Origin: Methanobacteriota archaeon
GTDB taxonomy: Archaea; Thermoplasmatota; Thermoplasmata; SG8-5; JAGLSY01
Direction: 5' to 3'
Length of the DNA stretch: 64,000 bases
NCBI GenBank assembly: GCA_020696385.1
Contig: JAEHCQ010000005.1
Location: 27,336-91,335, forward strand
In this document: in pieces, positions 58,492 through 64,000 of the stretch
Layout: each line of letters starts with the position of its first letter
Numbering within the stretch: the stretch's first letter is position 1
Position numbers and translations under genes: made by a program
The notes under the pieces: generated by a model
Database searches by the model: none
What the model was told of the DNA's origin: nothing
The model's input: the letters and a program-made list of their open reading frames with translations, nothing else

Positions 58492-59538
58492 ATGAGAGCT
58501 ACAAAGAAAGACATGGGGCCAGGTGGAAGAGACAGCATATTCTTCAAGCAGAATTTGGACAGACCGTCCAATCCAGGGCAGATATCATACTACCCACCGG
58601 AACCTTCTGATGACCTGAAGAAACAGGTGAAGAAGGACAAGACTGGCGGGATAGTATTCTACGTCATCGGATTCGTAATCACGATGATGGGACTCGGGGC
58701 CGCTCTTAGTGATTCAGCAGACTTGGAAGTATATTCCGTGCTGATACCCGTATGTTTGATCATCGGGCTTTTGGCCGCTTTCTTCTATCTTTACAATAAC
58801 AATGTCGCTCTGGCAAAGCTTTCACGCACTTTGCCATTGATCCTGATGGTTGCCCTACTTCTTCTTTACATCGTGGGGATCATTGGCGCGGTCATGAGCC
58901 TTGCCTCACTAGGCGGAGGTTTTGATGAACCTCAGATGCCAGATAATCCATCTCCAGAGCAGATCGCGGAATATGAGAACCTGATGGATCAATACGATCA
59001 GGACATAGAGGACATGATGAACGATATCCAGGATGGATTCGATGACCTCATGAACAGTTTACTGGCTCCTGCCTTTTTCTTCATATCAGCAGGTCTTGTA
59101 ATAGCAAGAGCCGGCGGAACTCAATTATGGACATCTACAAGGATCGTTCATCAGTATATGCCAGCCACCATAATTCTGGAAGCTCCATTTGAAGCAACTG
59201 TAGCTATGCCAGTAGCAGCTGCTTCACCAGTAATAGCAACAGCACCAACAGTTGCACCTGCACCCGCTGCAGCTCCACCAGAAGACCCATGTTCAAAATG
59301 CGGACAGCCAATGAGCTTCATAGAGGAGTATGGCAGATTCTACTGTTATTCATGTCAGGATTACGAACCACTGCAAGCATCGGCAGAGCCAGCAGCAACC
59401 CCAACTGCCCCAGCTCCTATTGTTGAGGAGGAGCCAGCAGAGCCAGAAGGCCCAAAATGCAAGCATTGCGAGGGTGAATTAGAACATATTGAGGAATACG
59501 ACAGATCATATTGCTATGATTGCAAAAAGTATGACTGA
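58492..59538 (+). CDS. Membrane protein with two C-terminal zinc ribbons
   Basis: Four TMs, Pro/Ala linker, CSKC..CYSC and CKHC..CYDC. Confidence 0.75.
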   Translation: MRATKKDMGPGGRDSIFFKQNLDRPSNPGQISYYPPEPSDDLKKQVKKDKTGGIVFYVIGFVITMMGLGAALSDSADLEVYSVLIPVCLIIGLLAAFFYLYNNNVALAKLSRTLPLILMVALLLLYIVGIIGAVMSLASLGGGFDEPQMPDNPSPEQIAEYENLMDQYDQDIEDMMNDIQDGFDDLMNSLLAPAFFFISAGLVIARAGGTQLWTSTRIVHQYMPATIILEAPFEATVAMPVAAASPVIATAPTVAPAPAAAPPEDPCSKCGQPMSFIEEYGRFYCYSCQDYEPLQASAEPAATPTAPAPIVEEEPAEPEGPKCKHCEGELEHIEEYDRSYCYDCKKYD

Positions 59539-59591
59539 ACATTCAATGCCAGCATAACTGCCAATCAGTAATCTCAAACCAAATAGATAGA

Positions 59592-60608
59592 TCATTCTTG
59601 ATCAAATGGGTTGATGATGAGATTCAGGTCTGCGCCACAATTCTTGCATTTGCCATTGTTATGCAATAACTTGATGACATGATATCCGATCCTCTTGATA
59701 GCTATCTGGCCGCAATCGGGACAGTAGGTGCTTTCTTCATCCCTCTGTGGCACATTTCCCATGTACACGAACTTGACCCCGGCTTCCTTGGCTATCTTGT
59801 ATGCCCTTTCAAGTGTCTTGACAGGTGTTCGCCTTATGTCCAGTGCCTTATAGTCTGGATGAAATGCAGAGAAGTGAAGTGGGGTATCGGCTCCAAGCTC
59901 ATCCATCACCCATTGAGTGTATCGACCCAGCTCTTCCGGGCTGTCATTCCTTCCAGGTATGAGCAATGTGACAAGCTCGATATGGATCCCAAGCTCCTTG
60001 GCCAGCATGCATGTGTCCAGAACTGGTTGCAGTCGAGCCTTGGAATATTTTCTATAAAATTCATCTGTGAAGGCCTTCACATCTATGTTCATCGCATCCA
60101 GATGTGGTGACAACTCTCTCATGGCCTCTTCCGTGATGTAGCCATTGGTAACATAACTGGTTGCAAGGCCTGCTTGATGCGCCTGTTTGCATCCATCCAG
60201 CATGAACTCGTACCAGATGGTCGGCTCATTGTATGTCCATGAAACACTCTGGCAGTCATATTTCTCTGCCAGAAGAGGAACTTCAATGGGGGTTATTCGC
60301 TTCAATCCTCTTGTGCTGAACTGCTGGGATATCGAGAAGTTCTGACAGAAATCACATCTGAAATTACATCCAATACTGCCAAATGAAAATGCTCTGGTGC
60401 GGGGCATGAAGTGATTGAGCGGTTTCTTCTCTATAGGGTCAGGTCCCATAGAGGATACCAGGCCATAACTGGATGCAATGAGAACATTTTTATTATTCTC
60501 CCTCACACCGCATATGCCTGACTTTCCATTGGGGATCTTACATCGGTGGGAGCAGAGACTGCATTCGATATTCCCATCCTCCAATAACTTCCACATCCTC
60601 GCCTCCAT
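59592..60608 (-). CDS. AmmeMemoRadiSam-type radical SAM enzyme
   Basis: C.LC.H.C.I..G..G.CGVR, DPIEKKPL.HF, GCNFRCDFCQN, TYNEPT, NIDVK. Confidence 0.9.
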   Translation of the reverse strand: MEARMWKLLEDGNIECSLCSHRCKIPNGKSGICGVRENNKNVLIASSYGLVSSMGPDPIEKKPLNHFMPRTRAFSFGSIGCNFRCDFCQNFSISQQFSTRGLKRITPIEVPLLAEKYDCQSVSWTYNEPTIWYEFMLDGCKQAHQAGLATSYVTNGYITEEAMRELSPHLDAMNIDVKAFTDEFYRKYSKARLQPVLDTCMLAKELGIHIELVTLLIPGRNDSPEELGRYTQWVMDELGADTPLHFSAFHPDYKALDIRRTPVKTLERAYKIAKEAGVKFVYMGNVPQRDEESTYCPDCGQIAIKRIGYHVIKLLHNNGKCKNCGADLNLIINPFDQE

Positions 60609-60609
60609 C

Positions 60610-61545
60610 TCATCGCCCCCTGAAATGTTCATAGCCCTTGTCTTCCAGAACGATATGCTGGCCACCGGATGAGATGTGCACGATACTATCATCGACCACC
60701 CGACCAATTGGAGTCACCTTGGTTCCAGCCAGGCCATTTGATGAAATGGATCCCAGCTTCTTAGGGTCTGCGGTGAACAGAAGCTCGAACTCCCCACCCA
60801 GATGAAGACATTTCTGTTGGTCCTCATCAGATAATCCACCAATAAAAGGAATGCTTTCCATATCCAGCTCGAAACCCACATTACCAGCCTTCTTCAGATG
60901 ATGGATCGACGTGCTCAATCCATCAGAAAGATCAATGCAGGATGTCACGGCCCCGCTCTGTGCCAGCATCTGTCCTTCCCGAACTCTGGGCTGAACTCTT
61001 AGAAGGGATTCAATATCCAATTCGGCCTTTGTCTTGTACCAACCGAGTTGGCTTCCCAGCTCCCCGGTGAGGAATACTATATCACCAGGTTTCGCCCCGC
61101 TTCGCCTCATGATATCTTTCTTTCCGACCAGCCCCAGCGCGGTTCCAGTAATGCTGATAGTATCATTTTCCTTGGTATCTCCACCGAGGACCCTGGCTCC
61201 ATGTGCCTTACAGCAATCGTCTATTCCTTTGGAAATATCATCAAGAAAGTCAATGTCCATGTCCGTAGGCAGACCCAGGGCGAATAGCATGCCCAGGGGA
61301 AATCCACCCATACTGGCAATATCACTCAGATTGATAGCTGTCACATACCATCCAATAAGCCAACCACGAGTTCCATCGGGTATGTGTGTTCTCTGATTGA
61401 TCATATCAGTTGTGGCAAGCAGGTATTCTTTTCCAAGATCCACCATCGCACAATCATCGCCGATCAGCATCTGGCCATCGGGATCGAATGTCTCCATAAG
61501 TTTTAGGATAGCCTGTTTTTCCCCCATATCGCCTAGGATGGTCAT
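60610..61545 (-). CDS. thiL: Thiamine-monophosphate kinase
   Basis: IGDDCA, INLSDIASMGG, GGDT, DLSDGL, GGEFELLF. Confidence 0.93.
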   Translation of the reverse strand: MTILGDMGEKQAILKLMETFDPDGQMLIGDDCAMVDLGKEYLLATTDMINQRTHIPDGTRGWLIGWYVTAINLSDIASMGGFPLGMLFALGLPTDMDIDFLDDISKGIDDCCKAHGARVLGGDTKENDTISITGTALGLVGKKDIMRRSGAKPGDIVFLTGELGSQLGWYKTKAELDIESLLRVQPRVREGQMLAQSGAVTSCIDLSDGLSTSIHHLKKAGNVGFELDMESIPFIGGLSDEDQQKCLHLGGEFELLFTADPKKLGSISSNGLAGTKVTPIGRVVDDSIVHISSGGQHIVLEDKGYEHFRGR

Positions 61546-61634
61546 TGACTGGATAATGTAAGAGGATGATAAATAATTTGTCAGCCTGGCAAACATTTAA
61601 ATAAAGACAATCTTATAATTGTGTTGGTGAAAGT

Positions 61635-62738
61635 ATGGTTCAGGCAAGAAAGGTCAGACCGAAGTTCTTTCGGAAAAGATCGCAGAAGCCCTTCGAGCTA
61701 AGGCAAGAGGAAGTTGGCTCCCCCCCAGGCACACTGCTGCCATCCAGATTTCCTCGAAAGGAAAAGGCCAAGATCACGATAATCGATTATTCACAAGATG
61801 AGTACAATGAATCCACGACCTACGATGTGGAGGATTGTGCCAAATACAAGGATTCCAAATCAGTCACATGGATAAACATCGACAGCGTGGATGATGTGAA
61901 CACTCTATCCAAACTTGGAGAGTATTTTAATGTACATCCACTGGCATTGGAAGATATCCAGGATACGGACCAGAGACCAAAACTGGAGGAATATGATGAC
62001 CTATACCTCATCGTGACAAAGTTGCTGAGGTTCAGGGATATAATCGTCAGTGAACAGGTCAGCATGCTTCTTGGCAAGAAATATGTGATCACTATCCAGA
62101 TGACGGAAGAGGATTGCTTCGATCCTATCAGAGATCGTCTAAGAAGCGGGACTGGGAGGATAAGATCAATGGGCCCGGATTATCTCGCATATTCCTTAAT
62201 GGATGTACTAACTGATGAATATTACCCGATACTTCAGATATATGGAGATGAGCTTGAAAGACTTGAGGACACTGTCTTCAAAGATCCTCGACCTCACATG
62301 CTTCAGAAGATCCAAAGAGGAAAAAGAGATCTCCTGCTTATTCGAAGGTCCATCTTGCCAAATCGTGAGATCCTTGGCAAGCTGATGAGAGACGATGAAA
62401 CTGGCCTGATAGCCGAGTCCACCAAAAGATATCTCAGGGACTGCCAGGACAATACCATCCAGATAAGTGATATCATCGAGACATACAGAGATATGAGCTC
62501 ATCACTTCAAGACCTGTATCTATCCAGCATAAGCCACAGGATGAACGAGGTCATGAAGGTCCTTACCATCATTGCCACGATATTCATACCTCTAACTTTC
62601 ATCACCGGTCTTTATGGAATGAACTTCGATGCCATGCCAGAGCTTCACTGGGAATGGGGATATTATGCTTCACTAACGGCCATGTTTATGGTATCAATAT
62701 CCATGCTGATATACTTCAAAAGGAAGAGATGGCTTTAA
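61635..62738 (+). CDS. corA: CorA magnesium/cobalt transporter
   Basis: HPLALEDI...QRPK.E, MKVLTIIATIFIPLTFITGLYGMNF..MPEL. Confidence 0.96.
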   Translation: MVQARKVRPKFFRKRSQKPFELRQEEVGSPPGTLLPSRFPRKEKAKITIIDYSQDEYNESTTYDVEDCAKYKDSKSVTWINIDSVDDVNTLSKLGEYFNVHPLALEDIQDTDQRPKLEEYDDLYLIVTKLLRFRDIIVSEQVSMLLGKKYVITIQMTEEDCFDPIRDRLRSGTGRIRSMGPDYLAYSLMDVLTDEYYPILQIYGDELERLEDTVFKDPRPHMLQKIQRGKRDLLLIRRSILPNREILGKLMRDDETGLIAESTKRYLRDCQDNTIQISDIIETYRDMSSSLQDLYLSSISHRMNEVMKVLTIIATIFIPLTFITGLYGMNFDAMPELHWEWGYYASLTAMFMVSISMLIYFKRKRWL

Positions 62739-62780
62739 GTCAAAGGGAAATAATGCCTGCTCGAAAATGGAGATGTCATT

Positions 62781-63221
62781 GTGAATTCAGATCGATACAC
62801 GAACTTGATCAGATACAATAGGCTCAAACTGCTTTTTTCAAGAGTGCTTTTCATATCTGGCGCTTTCTTTTTATTGCTCGATTTATATTTTATTTTTAAT
62901 ATAAAATATTGGGAATTAAATATATTGTGGATGAACTTCTTATTGGGGTGTGCTCTGGTAATATTATCCTTCTCAAGCAAGCTGGGTCGTATGTTCAAGT
63001 CCTTCAGAAAGTCTGTGAACCCTTACACAAGAAAAGGAGATTGCAATGAATGCGGTACATGCTGTCGCCTTCCAGTCCCATGCCTTTTCTTCTTCGGGAA
63101 TCGCTGTCTCATCCACAAAATAAGGCCAAAGCAATGCAAGGAATTCCCGGACGAACCGAAACAACTGGTCAGCTATAAATGTGGATATTATTTTGATAAA
63201 GATGATAGTGCCCGCGAATGA
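62781..63221 (+). CDS. Membrane protein with a YkgJ/CxxCxxCC-type Cys cluster domain
   Basis: Two TMs then CNECGTCC...C.....C.IH..RP..C..FP. Confidence 0.75.
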   Translation: MNSDRYTNLIRYNRLKLLFSRVLFISGAFFLLLDLYFIFNIKYWELNILWMNFLLGCALVILSFSSKLGRMFKSFRKSVNPYTRKGDCNECGTCCRLPVPCLFFFGNRCLIHKIRPKQCKEFPDEPKQLVSYKCGYYFDKDDSARE

Positions 63222-63310
63222 TTTATATCAACTATAATGTTCGATTCATAGACATCATAAAAGAGCATATCAGCCCAAATATTATTAAGCAAAATGCCAA
63301 TGGTCTTCCA

Positions 63311-64000
63311 ATGACCATTATCAAGGTTCTTGACAATGATACAATTGACAAAATTGCTGCTGGCGAGGTTATAGAAAGGCCAGCCTCTGCTGTGAAGGAA
63401 CTGGTAGAGAACTCCCTGGACGCAGGTGCGAAGGAGATAGATATAAAGATACTAAGCGCGGGCAAGAAACTAATTCAGATAGTGGATGACGGCCAGGGCA
63501 TGATGCCGGAAGATGCGGAACTGGCATTCCAAAGACATGCGACATCCAAGCTGTCAAGCATCGATGATCTTGACACCATAGCCACCATGGGATTCCGGGG
63601 TGAGGCACTTTCCAGTATCGCATCTGTTTCCGAGGTGACCATAGCCACAAGGCATGAGAGCCAGGATTCCGGAACAAGAATTGTGTTCCGGAACGGTAAG
63701 GTCATCGAAAAAGGAGAGCTGGGCATGGATACTGGGACCAGCATCAAGATCGCGAACCTCTTCTCCAATGTTCCAGCCAGACTTAAATTTCTAAAGAGCG
63801 ACAGAGTTGAAATGTCGCATATCATCAAGGTGGTCACCGAGAGAGCGCTGGCCAATCCGGATGTGTCCTTCACCCTGCAGAATGGAGAAGTTGAGATTCT
63901 CAATTGCAGGGCCAGCCAGCATCTGGAAGATAGGTTCCTTGACATATTCGGGAGAAAAGCAGCGAAGGCCAGCGTGAAGATAGACGCTGGCCATGATGAT
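63311..64000 (+). CDS. mutL: DNA mismatch repair protein MutL (3'-truncated by the window)
   Basis: KIAAGEVIERPASAVKELVENSLDAG, DDGQGM, RHATSKL, GFRGEALSSI; missing from the supplied ORF track because it runs off the end. Confidence 0.96.
   Translation, partial: MTIIKVLDNDTIDKIAAGEVIERPASAVKELVENSLDAGAKEIDIKILSAGKKLIQIVDDGQGMMPEDAELAFQRHATSKLSSIDDLDTIATMGFRGEALSSIASVSEVTIATRHESQDSGTRIVFRNGKVIEKGELGMDTGTSIKIANLFSNVPARLKFLKSDRVEMSHIIKVVTERALANPDVSFTLQNGEVEILNCRASQHLEDRFLDIFGRKAAKASVKIDAGHDD

Overview
Chromosomal segment of an archaeon, most consistent with Thermoplasmatota (inference from the rpl18a/LX-pfdA-ftsY order, Nop5, PAC2, archaeal RibC/RibL, GGTGA Shine-Dalgarno sites and many Zn-ribbon membrane proteins). 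Most genes are housekeeping or metabolic: riboflavin, lipoate (LipS2 plus split Lpl), pyruvate carboxylase/BirA, LKR/SDH lysine enzymes, AOR, Hom, MtnA, ThiL, CorA, MutL and a MoxR-DUF58 operon. There are two tRNAs, each followed by a giant secreted or surface protein gene. No integrase, transposase, cas gene or reverse transcriptase is visible. The strongest unexplained signal is non-coding. Both tRNAs are followed by short hairpin-rich units of the same architecture: an inverted copy of the tRNA's own T-arm, a GAAC-GNA-GTTC triloop, and a second copy of the tRNA 3' end split at GTTCGA^ATCC by a two-hairpin insert. A shared double-hairpin module links one of these to a 295-bp insert that duplicates the 5' end of an M20 peptidase gene. 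Two further genes have duplicated termini: alternating alternative C-termini of a V4R gene, and a duplicated 5' end of an unannotated Zn-ribbon microprotein. Protein-level oddities include a trio of hyperacidic poly-Zn-ribbon membrane paralogs, an RlmN-like radical SAM operon lacking the resolving cysteine, a circularly permuted Ig domain inside a membrane protein, and an apparent ATT start for hom. All calls are by motif recognition without database searches. Short duplications could partly be assembly artefacts and need read-level confirmation.
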